DNA of 64,000 bases from Tubiluchus corallicola (taxonomy: Eukaryota > Animalia > Priapulida): assembly GCA_030141605.1 (NCBI GenBank), contig JAQGDQ010000198.1:341938-405937 (forward strand), in the 5' to 3' direction. Within the stretch, counting starts at the first letter, position 1. Each line of letters starts with the position of its first letter. The translations under genes were made by a program, and so were the position numbers. Of the stretch, positions 1 to 25,600 are shown piece by piece. The notes beneath the pieces are model-generated. The model made no database searches. It was not told the DNA's origin and saw nothing but the letters and a program-made list of their open reading frames with translations.

Positions 1-571
1 ACAAAAGACCCCTCGTTTACACCAAAACACGATACGTTGCATCGTCGTTCGTGGAAAGTTTTAACCATCAGCTGGTTAAACCCTGCATTTTGTGCACTGT
101 TACACCAGCACTTCGAGAAAGTGCGCATGCGTGAAATGAAGCCAGTTCAGTGCAAATTAACGGAAAGGAAAGTCGCTTAGCATGTTGGGTTTATTTAATT
201 GTCATCAATTAAACTTAGGAAAATATAACAATGAAATTTACAAAAAACTGTCTACAAAACACAAAGTTAGTTTATATATTACAGTGACAAACCGCTAAAA
301 TACAGTGGCAAACGTATGACGTCTGATTTACAAAAATGTCTACTACATAGTGTACTTTATTTTAAAGGAAACTGTGTTTATTACATGAGTCACGGGTTCG
401 GATGTGTTCCGTTCATTAATAGATGCTTCGAAAATATTCGATAAAGGAGAATATATACGTAGTAATTTTTTTTAACTTTCTTAGAACACGTAAATTTCCC
501 TGCCAAAATTGTTAAGCTTCTGTTTACTATGTACACTGAGCAAGAAACTCTGGCCAAGTTTACTTTGCGCA

Positions 572-2100
572 GGCTACTTGCACACATTTTTCTGGCCTTG
601 TCAAATGCTACTTGTAGACATAATCCTGGGCATGTCAACGACTACTTGCACACATTTTTTGGGGAATGTCAACAGCTATTCGCGCTCATCTTTCTGGGCA
701 TGTCAGCAGCTACATGACGACATTTTTCTGGGCATGTCAACGACTACTTGCACACATTTTTCTTGGCATGTCAACAGCTATTCGCACTCATCTTTCTGGG
801 CATGTCAGAAGCTACATGACGACATTTCTCTGGGCATGTCAACGACTACTTGCACACATTTTTCTTGGCATGTCAACAGCTATTCGCACACATCTTTCTG
901 GGCATGTCAGCAGCTACATGACGACATTTTTCTGGGCATGTCAACGACTACTTGCACACATTTTTCTTGGCATGTCAACAGCTATTCGCACTCATCTTTC
1001 TGGGCATGTCAGAAGCTACATGACGACATTTCTCTGGGCATGTCAACGACTACTTGCACACATTTTTCTTGGCATGTCAACAGCTATTCGCACACATCTT
1101 TCTGGGCATGTCAGCAGCTACATGACGACATTTTTCTGGGCATGTCAACGACTACTTGCACACATTTTTTTGGTCATGTCAACGGCTATTCGCACACATC
1201 TTTCTGGGCATGTCAGCAGCTACATGACGACATTTTTCTGGGCATGTCAACGACTACTTGCACACATTTTTCTTGGCATGTCAACGGCTATTCGCACTCA
1301 TCTTTCTGGGCATGTCAGCAGCTACATGACGACATTTCTCTGCGCATGTCAACGACTACTTGCACACATTTTTCTTGGCATGTCAACAGCTATTCGCACA
1401 CATCTTTCTGGGCATGTCAGCAGCTACATGACGACATTTTTCTGGGCATGTCAACGACTACTTGCACACATTTTTTTTGGCATGTCAACGGCTATTCGCA
1501 CACATCTTTCTGGGCATGTCAGCAGCTACATGACGACATTTTTCTTGGCATGTCAACGACTACTTGCACACATTTTTCTTGGCATGTCAACGGCTATTCG
1601 CACTCATCTTTCTGGGCATGTCAGCAGCTACATGACGACATTTTTCTGGGCATGTCAACGACTACTTGCACGCATTTTTTTTGGCATGTCAACGGCTATT
1701 CGCACACATCTTTCTGGGCATGTCAGCAGCTACATGACGACATTTTTCTGGGCATGTCACCGACTACTTGCACACATTTTTCTTGGCATGTCAACGGCTA
1801 TTCGCACACATCTTTCAGGGCATGTCAACGAGTACTTGCAGACATTTCAGGTTATGCCAACGGCTACTTGCAGTCATTTCTCCGAGCATGTCAACGACTA
1901 CTTGCACACATTTTTCTTGGCATGTCAACGGCTATTCGCACACGTCTTTCTGGGCATGTCAGCAGCTACATGCAGACATTTTTCTGGCCATGTCAACGAG
2001 TACTTGCAGACATTTCAGGTTATGCCAACGGCTACTTGCAGTCATATTTCTGGGCATGTCTACGACTACTTGCACAAATTGTCCCCGACATTGTGACTGC
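572..2100. repeat. Satellite array: 34-bp monomers in a 102-bp (3-monomer) higher-order repeat
   Basis: GGCATGTC recurs every 34 bp. The A-type monomer GGCATGTCAACGACTACTTGCACACATTTTTCTT starts at 629, 731, 833 ... 1751 (102-bp period, 12 starts), each followed by B (..CAGCTATTCGCAC..) and C (..GCAGCTACATGACGAC..) variants. Both ends are degenerate. Confidence 0.95.
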
Positions 2101-2852
2101 CAACCTTCGTAGAATCCGGGTAGCCTTCAGTCTGTACAAGCAGGCCTATGTTAATGTGTGCTGATTAGGCAGGATACTGCCCATTATCTAGTTCTCCAGT
2201 TTGTGGTTGTTCTTTCCATTACATTTTGCAAGTCTACAGGCAGGTGCATTAGCATCTTTCTCATTTACTTTTCTTCTTCCAATAAACAACAAGAGCTCTA
2301 ACAGAACTTCTGAATCTATCAGGAAACCAACTATGATGCTTGGTATGATTTTGGATACAGATAACCTGTCTGGATTTGTGTGCGTAATTCTGTTATTTCT
2401 GTATAAGTCACTGGTGTGGTCGACGTCATTGTTGTTGTAATTGTAACACCAATCAATAAAGAACAAGAACAGTAAAGTAGAGAATGGTCACCGAGTACAC
2501 TAAATCTGCTGATGATTCTAGGACACACTAGTCAATAAAAATGAACTCTGAGAAGTGAACGCATTATTTAGTAGACATTCTATACTCTATAGCAAGTTTT
2601 AACACTCAACGCAACATAATACTAATTTAAGTGAAAAATCTTTCCAATAGAAATACGTGAGACAAAAAAGATAGCAGATAACATTACAGACGAACTTCCC
2701 GGCAAGAAAATATTCTTTTGTGCTATTTCATCAGTCGTCTTTATTAATGTAATCCTGAACACAGTGTAATCACAAAAATTATCATTGTGCCGGAGCTGAG
2801 CTACGTACCGGCATTGCACAGCATTTATTAATACTACCACCCCCGCACTTAC

Positions 2853-3451
2853 ATTTTGCGTCTTTGTCATATTGGGCCACTTCTTCAATCCAGTGCAAAT
2901 AATAGGAATTTTTACAGCAAAATTTACTGAGCCAGCTTCATCAGCATCATTGATGCTGCTTTCGTCATCATCTTCCTTCTCATGCACTTTGCACGACTGC
3001 ACGCCGATCACTTCCCCTGTCCGGTTTAATACCATCAGTCCACCTGAATCACCCTGTAGGTAAGCAAAATGTGGCTCTGCAATTCCACAACATTTGTGGT
3101 GACTTAGTTCAATTAATCGACTGCTTTGAATAACAAGAGACATGTTTAGTAAGTCATTAATAAATGGGTTTTTGTGCTACAGCAAATGATAAAATGAAAT
3201 ATTTCTGTGAAAAGTACTACCAGCCCATACTTACTATTGTTACAGAGGCACCTACTGTCGGGTCAAGCATAGGGCCCTCTGCACGCCCTGGTTCCACATT
3301 AGTAGCGACTCGCCTCTTCCTTGTAAATCCAGACGTCTCGTTTGGGCCTAAACGTGGTGTGAGAAGCTAGCTGACCAAGAATGCCAGTATGAAAGCGTGT
3401 AAAGGTCACTACAGCTTTGATTTCTGACAGAGATGCTCCTCCATCCTCCAC
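2853..3451 (-). pseudogene. Trypsin-like (Trypsin_2/HtrA-type) serine protease remnant, two exons, frameshifted
   Basis: Exon 3053-2853 (201 bp, CAG acceptor, GTAAGT donor) encodes GDSGGLMVLNRTGEVIGVQS..., the catalytic-Ser motif followed by GEVIG. Upstream exon 3451-3235 (TAG acceptor, GTAAGT donor) is 217 bp and needs a 1-nt frameshift to join ...VGASVTI|GDSGG. No His/Asp catalytic exons were seen upstream. Confidence 0.55.
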
Positions 3452-4008
3452 CTAGTATATATGTGTGCTATTATTACTTACTTAAGTGAGTGTTTTTTTG
3501 TGTATTTTATTCTCCTCTTCTTTGTTATTAATGCTCGCAATAAAACTTGTTAGAATGTTATTCTAGCGTTCTATTTTGTGACTTTTGTGTGTGCTAGATG
3601 ACTTGTTACAAGAGTTAGTTCGTAAAGCAGTTCATATATGCAATTTAGTTCATAAAGAAATTATTACTAATTAAGATAACATTTGTAATTAAGAGAATTT
3701 CATTAGTTAAGAAATTAATTACTTGAAAGAACAATATAAAATGGATCATCATAATGCGGAATTTAAATACCACCATTCATTCCTGGAATTCGACGCTCTG
3801 ACACCAAGCCAAGTCGAATTCAGTCCAATATATTAGTGAAATTATTCTGTCTATTGCTGCCTGATATGTAACGATCGGGTAATAAGAAGATGGTTGTGTT
3901 TATATGTGTGCATGTATACCTCGAAATAGGCAAGTTAATGGCCGAGCAAATTTAAAAAGTGAACGAGATAGTCATTTACAAAACTTGTTACGTGTGTTTA
4001 TAGGATAA

Positions 4009-4410
4009 TTAAAACTGTAATCTCATTCTGCCTATTGTAGGCATTGAGGTATCAGCATTTATCAGAGCATTCGACCCACTTCTATCTGCAGCTAACAGCA
4101 TAAGTTCTTCTACTACTAAAGATAAATTTGGTTGAAGTTGTTGAATATCTGTATTTATCTTAGCTATCCAAGTTGCTTTATGTTTGCCAGGTGGTTTTTT
4201 GCAGGGTTTTAAGGCTTCCTTTAAAGCGATTCTCACAGGTGCTTCATTTGGTAATCTGACTCTTAGAAGATGTCCTATTGATCTTAACCTTCGGATCTTG
4301 ACCTTTGAACTCCAATAAATTTCTTTTGTTCTGGTGTATAAATCTTCATTTTTAATTATGTATGGCCATCTTATCTTTAAAACTTTCCTGAGAAGACTTC
4401 TATGAAATTA
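4009..4410 (-). mobile_element. RTE-clade LINE, 3' fragment of the ORF
   Basis: Minus strand reads FHRSLLRKVLKIRWPYIIKNEDLY...RRLRSIGHLLR...KPPGKHKATW...AADRSG. This matches the post-RT C-terminal pattern of RTE elements (R.LR.IL.I.W...NE.LY; RRL.W.GH; G+P+.TW; A.DR..W). Confidence 0.8.
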
Positions 4411-4559
4411 CCGGCTGGCGTCTGCTATTTCCACATTCTCGTTTCTAGCAATGTGAGAAATCCGTATGGAAAACTGATTCTTAGTTCCAGCTTTTTCCGA
4501 TCTGATTTCTGACGGTGCCTCACTTAATTGATGACCACGCATTGGTCAAGTAAACTGCT

Positions 4560-5590
4560 AGCCTATTAAAAATAGAGTTGACTACAAAAAGTTAATGTAT
4601 GATAGAATTGCAAAACAAATAGTTATGAAACAAAAAATAGATTGTATGAACAATGCTGGTATGATGAGATTGTAAAAATGGCTAATTGTTATGAAATAAA
4701 GTAAATAGTAATGATGTGGAACAAGTAATTAAATACAAGAAGTTTGAATGGAAAAAGATGATTAAAAATAGACTGGCGAAAAAGTAGCAGAGACGTTCAG
4801 AGCAAAATGCAATAAAATGACAAAATTGAGACTTCTCAAACATAATGAATTTAAAAAGCAAAATTGCATCTCTGAATTAGGTGTGAATAAAATGAGTTAA
4901 TATATGAAAATTAAATTAATATGTTAGAATTGAAGTGTAACTTCAAAAGTGCCCACATGAATAGTTCAATGTGCTCGATGTGTAATATTAAAGAAGATAC
5001 AACTGAACATCTATTTGTTAGTAGATGTTTGCAGGATTGACGCCACGTGATCTATACGAAACGAATTTGAGTAGGGATGAGCATCGAAAGTTCGAGTTCG
5101 AACGTTCGAATCGAATTTGAACGCTCGAATTCGATTCGAACCAGTTTTTTAGTTCGAACTCGATTCGAATGCAAAACTATAGATTCGAATAATTCAGCAC
5201 TTCAATCACATATGTTCCTGATCACTAAAACGATTGAAACAACATGCAATTAGCATAATTTAGCTGTGATTTCTGCACACAATTTTAAAGAAATTACTAG
5301 TCGTTTTATTGCAGAACAAAATCTAGTGATACACATGATCTTTGTAAGACTAATTTTTACTGGTGGTTCGAAAACTTGTTCGAGAATCGTTCAATCTCAA
5401 TTCGAATTCGGTTCGAATTCGAAACACTGAAGTTCGGTTCGATTCGAATTCGAAAGCCACAAATTCGGTTCGATTCGAATTCGCTTTCTGGTAGAGAATG
5501 CTCACCCCTAATGTTGAGGTCATAAAAAGAATCATCGAGTGTACTACGGCTATTCTGGAATATATAAATGAAGCTGAATTCGTGATATGA
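4560..5590 (+). mobile_element. Degenerate non-LTR retrotransposon ORF2 C-terminus with zinc knuckle, interrupted by a MITE
   Basis: Reads KLNMLELKCNFK...MCSMCNIKEDTTEHLFV (CxxC-x7-H) near 4910-5020, with stops and frameshifts upstream. The sequence resumes after the MITE at 5511. Confidence 0.6.
5072..5510. mobile_element. Non-autonomous hAT-like MITE with subterminal TTCGAA/TTCGAT repeats
   Basis: TIRs TAGGGATGAGCAT / ATGCTCACCCCTA (1 mismatch). Flanks AATTTGAG / ATGTTGAG form a degenerate 8-bp TSD. Dense TTCGAA repeats lie inside both ends. Confidence 0.8.
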
Positions 5591-6014
5591 AGCTGTAAAC
5601 AGTGTATATAGATCCTGCAGTCGTTCCTAGAGTGATTGCTTGCTGAATTGCAACGAGGATCAAGACTGAACCACTGAATCATGCACGTATTTTAAGCGGT
5701 GCGTCTTGAATTATGATTTCACGAACTGGCAGATGGAAAATGACAGCCTGCTACGTTTATTTTTGTACATGAATAATTTTGTGTTGATGTCTTGATGAGG
5801 CAACGAAATACGTCCCACCACCAAATTTTTCTTTCCTAAGATCTATTATGTGGTAACTTATTGTTCGTGAGTCACGCGTTCACACTGCAAAATTATTTTG
5901 ACAAGTTTGTCTGTCACTCGTATTTACTATGACTGCGAATATTTGTAGGACACAGTTTTTTTGTGTCTTACTCCTGGGTTAGTCTTATTACTGGTTAAAT
6001 AACGAGCCTTAATA

Positions 6015-6435
6015 CAGTAAGACCTCGCTTAATGATTCGTTTTAACGACAAAGAATTTCGACACTTTTTTAGTCATTGACATCGAGAATTTTTCCCTTGT
6101 TATTATAAAATAGGCCTCAATTTTAGTGAAATTTTGTTTATTGTATTATTACTGGCGCTTGCTTGCCTAGCCTAGAGATAAACGCCCATTGTGCGACGTG
6201 AATTTTAAATTCACGCTGTCGGAACACAGGTGCCAGAATAAGATTTTAAGCATTTCAACTAAAAAAATTCAAACGAGTTCTATATTAATATTACATGTTT
6301 TTGCTCCTGAAACAGAATCCCATTCACTTACACTGCTCCCTATGGAATGCATGACAGTTATTTAATCGTGTTTGTTTCCCTTCACACCGCATTTACTGAG
6401 ACATATTATTACCATCATTTAGCGAGGACTTACTA
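6015..6435. mobile_element. Tc1/pogo (Tigger-like) MITE
   Basis: TA|CAGTAAGACCTCGCTTAATGAT at the left end. The reverse complement of the right end is AGTAAGTCCTCGCTAAATGAT. Confidence 0.7.
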
Positions 6436-6982
6436 AGTTTATATTAGGATGTGGAAGTAGTTTAAATTTAATATTCAGTGCTATTTGTTCCAACACAATT
6501 TTCAATGGAAGTTGAAAATCTTGGAGTGCATATGTTTTACGCTGTACAAAATAATAAAAGTGTTGAAAATAATATCCTCAAAGTTGAAAAGGCAAAGAGG
6601 ATAACTTTGCTAAAAGGCTAAAAGTATTTTTTCGTAAAATCACTTTAAAATGATTGCAGCCATTCTCTGCACATATTCTAGATGCTGTGGTGCCCCTGCG
6701 CTGCCCAAATTTTTGATAAACAAAAAAGTTTGCCAATGCAAAGTAGTATGCTGGTTTTAATTTTCTAATAGTAAAAAGATTAAAAGTAATCCAGTAGTTA
6801 GAACAGTAGAAAGATGAAAAATAAAATTTAAACAGAACATGTTTGACATCAACAGAGCAAAAATTGAAATTTCTGCATATATTAGACTCTGTGAAGAATA
6901 TTTAAATTAAAAGGTAAGTTTTTAAAGCTTCTTCTGTGAATGTTGTGGCTGCTTCTTTCATGATTTGTGGTTTATGTTATAG

Positions 6983-20890
<13,908 letters not shown>

Positions 20891-22600
20891 ACGTTGCACA
20901 ACGATAAGTCTACGCTTGGTGCTTTGGAGCGAATTACCAAAACTACGCTAATTTTTTTTTTGTGTTTTATATTTTAGGTTCTAGGTGCTAACAACTAATC
21001 TAGGATTAGGTGATACAAGTATTTAAATCAAACTTCAGAGGCCAAAATGTTGCTTTATTTAACAAACATTTTTGCATGTACTTTAAGTCGGTAGGATTTT
21101 TAAACGTTTTTATTCAAGTATGTATTATTTTAAATTTGTTGCCTCAATTTTAATGCTCACCCTACTAATGCTATGCCGGTGTGGACTGAGATGAGATATA
21201 GTGTTTATTGTTTATAGTATTTATTTTTTAGTACCCGTGTTTGTATTCTTGATCTTAACGTCAATAGTATTTACAGTGTTTTTAATACCAGTGACTACCA
21301 TATTGGCGCTATATGGTATATTGCTCATATAGTGTGGCATTTCTAAATGACTTAATAAACCGTTTACATTATTTTCTGCTTTTCAATAAACTGTTTATAC
21401 GGAACTATGTCAAATGCTAACTCATTAATGTGTATTACAGTTTGTGCTTTTATTATTAACCCATTCATCCTGTTAATTTTATTACATGGTCATTACTGTG
21501 TTATAATCCACATTGTTTCATAGTCATGTTATTTATACTTTAATAACTTTGTTAAAAGTGTTAATTGTTATATGTTTTGCCCTGTGAATCTCACATAGAT
21601 TTTAACTGAGTAGTTTTACCAAGATTATTTATTTATAATGATGCATGCTTGTGTTATTCGTACATATTCTTGTTGTGGCAATCACTGTATTAGCATTTGA
21701 CAAATAATGTTATCTATTGTTCTAATATAAATAAACTCGAAGAAATACTAGTCAGTTTTGTTCCCATCTAATATTTCCTAAGATAAGTGAAAGATGTGTT
21801 GAGGGAAAGGACATGTCTCTTAGCTTTTGTCTCTTAAACTTAGAAAAATGTAACAAAAAATTTTGCTAAAACTCTGTAAAGCTTAAAGTTAATTTACGTT
21901 AGTGTTGTACAGAAATTTTCAAGTGTGCTGGTATCTGCCGTTCACTTGAAAATTATGCGATCTTAGAAGATTACCCTTGATAATGAGGAAGATACTGGTC
22001 TTGCCGCAACCACTGAACATTAGCAAATTCAGATCGTCAAGACAAATTATTGCATTTTCACAAATATAAGCTAATATTTGGGATAGCAATCTAAAGGTAT
22101 TTTACAAAGAAAAACCTATAGGATAATTAGCAAGCACTACACAACAGAAAATTAAAACAAGAATACCATCCAAAACAAAAAGGCATTACCAATATTCACG
22201 ATGTGCGGTACTTGTACTGCTCAGCAGTTACCATCTAATTTTATTTGACACCACAGTATCAGCCATTTGTGCAGTGTAAACTTAGATATTACATAAAATA
22301 TCTAACTGAGATGCTTGTGATTTCAGATACAGTTTCCATGAAAGCCAAAGTCTTGCAATTTTTAAACAATACCCACTGAACAATAGTGAATGCCTTAAAC
22401 AATAGAGGTGGATTTTCACTACTTCAAATTTTGTTTAAAAAGTGATGACTGACAACGTTGTATAATAATAATATTGAACATTTTCACCATATAACATATA
22501 ATATAAGACTTTATACACCTTACAAATAAATATAATTTAATTTATGATTCAACAATAATCTAGAGACGTTTTCACAATGATATTCTGACTAGAGAAGGCA

Positions 22601-25600
22601 TCATAGTGCCGTAGGCTCCGCGGCTTCAGGCTTTGATGTGCAAAACAGGCGCTCAAAATCTTGGAATGCAGCTTTGATGGCTTTTTGGTCGGTTTTTGAG
22701 CATGTTCGGAATATCCACAATCTTCCAGCTAGCATCTCGCTCAACTTCAGGGCGTCTTGTAACTGAAAAACCTTACAGTGAGTAAAGTCAGAGTTCTAGC
22801 AGGAAAGTTTTGAGTGTAAAAATGTAAAAAATGATTAAAAAATACCGAGTTGTCCAGAAAAATAACTCCCCCACCAAATCAACAAAGTAATCTTGCATCT
22901 TAGTAGAGGCATTTGTAAAACAAACATATCATGTGTAGCCCAGTTTCTCCTCTTTACAAAGAGACATAAATTTCCGTCCGAAGACCCTCGTCAAGTGCTG
23001 CTAGGTCATTTTTTCTACAGTGTACATCTAGTAACAATGGGTAAAAAATCTCCAAAACTGGCCATTTTTGCTCATTTCAGAGCACTGTGCAGAAAGAAAT
23101 GCCCTAGTTTAGTGAGGACCGTGGAAAGAAATTCATGGCCCTTTGGAAAGAAGTGAAACTAAGCAACATGATGATGAGTCTTTTTAAGAAATGCCTACAT
23201 TATGACATCTTTATCTTTCAGTATTGTGAGCATCGAGTGGCACAAAAATAACCAAGACATCGAAAAATATATGGCGATGTTCCTTGGAACTATTTCATGT
23301 GTATTCACCTCCAGATTAACAAAAACAGTAGACATACTTTTAAATATGAATAAAACACCTCTGCCGGTTCAGTGTCTCATCTTGAAGGACTACCCTTGAT
23401 AACAAGACAGATTTAGGTCCTTCCACAAAGATCCGCATTGAGCAAAGCTGCTACTGATTGCTGGAATGAAGTTTTCAGAGCAGCAAACTAAGACAAAAGC
23501 TGCTGCTTTGATATAACCCAACAAAGCAACTACCTGTTGTGCCGACCGTGCCCCGGCCTTGTCCTGATGACTAGCAAGAATGAGGGAAGGGCATCCAGTC
23601 AGTTTCTTCTCTCCCGAGACAGAGTGCAGATTCTCTCTGATGAGGTCAAGTTGTTTCTGATCAGCAGTGCTATCTAGTACATAAATCAGCCCTAATGCTC
23701 CCGCGTAATAGCGACTCCAATACTGTCTGATGTCTTCAGAACCTGTGGAAATTGAGAATTTTTTTATTACATTTGTTCTAATGAAGTTGGTTCCAATTAA
23801 CTCAGCTTGCACACGGATTTGCATGAAAACTAAGGCCGACAATAAAAAATACTCTAGTATTTCCGTCTAATCGCCCGGGTAATTTCTTAAAACTAATAAA
23901 ACAAGTCTTCGCAGGTTTTACTTTGTATTGGTTCGACAGCTCAACTTAGCCAGCCCTTATTCTCAGCCGCATATGTCCGTTTGTTTGTCTGTCTGTTCCT
24001 GCTATTTCAAGAAAACTGCTGGATCAAATCCAAATAAAACTGCACAGCTGGTGAGTCTGAAATCTTGTTGTGCAGCAAAAAATTTAGTTGCTAAAGTGAT
24101 AACAGTTGCCTAGCAACGCCCAAAAAACTTCTAAAATTACTGGAGACAAAAGCCATTACTGCAGTACTGCAGATAATTCCAAACACTGGAATTTCTTTCG
24201 GTCTGTCTGTCTGCCCGTTCGTCTGAGCAGTCGAACCACTACCACTCAGCAGACTTGTCAGGAAGAACGCTAAACACAATATTATACATAGTAAAATATA
24301 TTACCGCCCAGCTCCTTTACTGTAAAGATGATATTGTCCGCCTCCACAGCCTTGATGTTAAACCCTGAAAATATTAAGATACGGGCATTAGTAATATTTA
24401 GCTGCACTTACAAATGAGCAGAAAATATGGTCCTGACTAATTAGCTGCTATATCTGGGAAAATAAGTTACTTCTCTTCTTAATAAAAGTAATTCTTTTCC
24501 ATTCTTTTACTAGAAGATCTTTTTATAGAAATACAATAACCAAAAGTCAAAGTGTATAAGAGACCCTCTCTCACTCTGTTGCATCAAATTTTGAAAAACT
24601 AAAATCTGGTAGGTATAAATTCTTAATGTAAAACCAGTGGCGACTCATAGCTAATTTAGTGGAGTTGCTGCTTTAGAAAATTTTAAGCAATTTTAATACT
24701 GTGTAAAACTAAACAAAGATGTAATTATAATGATGTAATTTGCAATTGTGATTTTAAACAAACAAACATACGAAAATTTATGCATTAACTTGATGAAATT
24801 GTAAATAAAAAATTTTTTGCTTACGAATAGCCTAAATTGGCACAGTTCAAGATTGGTCCATTCATTTAAAAACGAATATCAGGCGTTGAAGGGCCTCTTT
24901 CTTAACTGCCAACTTTCTCATGGAAAGACAACCATGTAAACTTAAGCTGTTGAAGTTCGATTACAGTTACAGAACATTTTTTGAGGATGCAAGGAGGCCA
25001 TGATTAAATTGTTTAAATGCTGGTACACGATTTTTAAGTATGTGACAACTGACAACACACACTGCATGAGCGGCAGTGCCCTCTCTACCTAGAGTGCAGC
25101 GTCTTATCTCCGACATGGGCGCACGGCTGCATGTGAACAACAGCCAAATACAATGCTGCTACAGCTGTGAAGCGCACAGTTCTGTCACGTGCTACAAGTA
25201 TAAAGAAAGAATTAAAGAAAAAAGATTTATTATATTGAATATTATCGATAATATTGAGTGAAAATAGGGAGTGCTGCAGTTCCGCCGTACCAATACACAA
25301 GACACCACTGTGTAAAACTAAGAGGTTTCTAAATTCGTTCACTCCAAGTGCAGTAAGACAATTTAATGTTAACTTCAAGTGATAACCAGTTTCCTAGTCT
25401 TTATGATGTGTCACTTGATTTTAGGTTTTGCGTTTGTTGCATGTTTTAATATTTTAACATAGGTCTATTACCCTACAGTAAAATAATCAATGAATGGTAC
25501 TGCCACAGGTGTAAATTTAATTTAGTGTAACAATACACCTTACGCACATGAAATAGGCGACTGTTTCACTCATTTTATGATTATGTTTGTTTATGTGTAG

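Noticed and set aside
572-2100. CRISPR-like array (regular ~34-bp periodicity)
   Set aside because: There are no unique spacers, since the intervening sequence repeats every third unit. There are no cas genes and the context is eukaryotic.
509-2164. 551-aa and 476-aa repetitive Cys/His-rich ORFs
   Set aside because: They overlap in different frames and are translations of the 102-bp satellite, whose monomers happen to lack stops. There is no non-repetitive domain or splice context.
2188-2528. Further exon(s) of the protease remnant
   Set aside because: No acceptor and phase combination gave a recognisable continuation.
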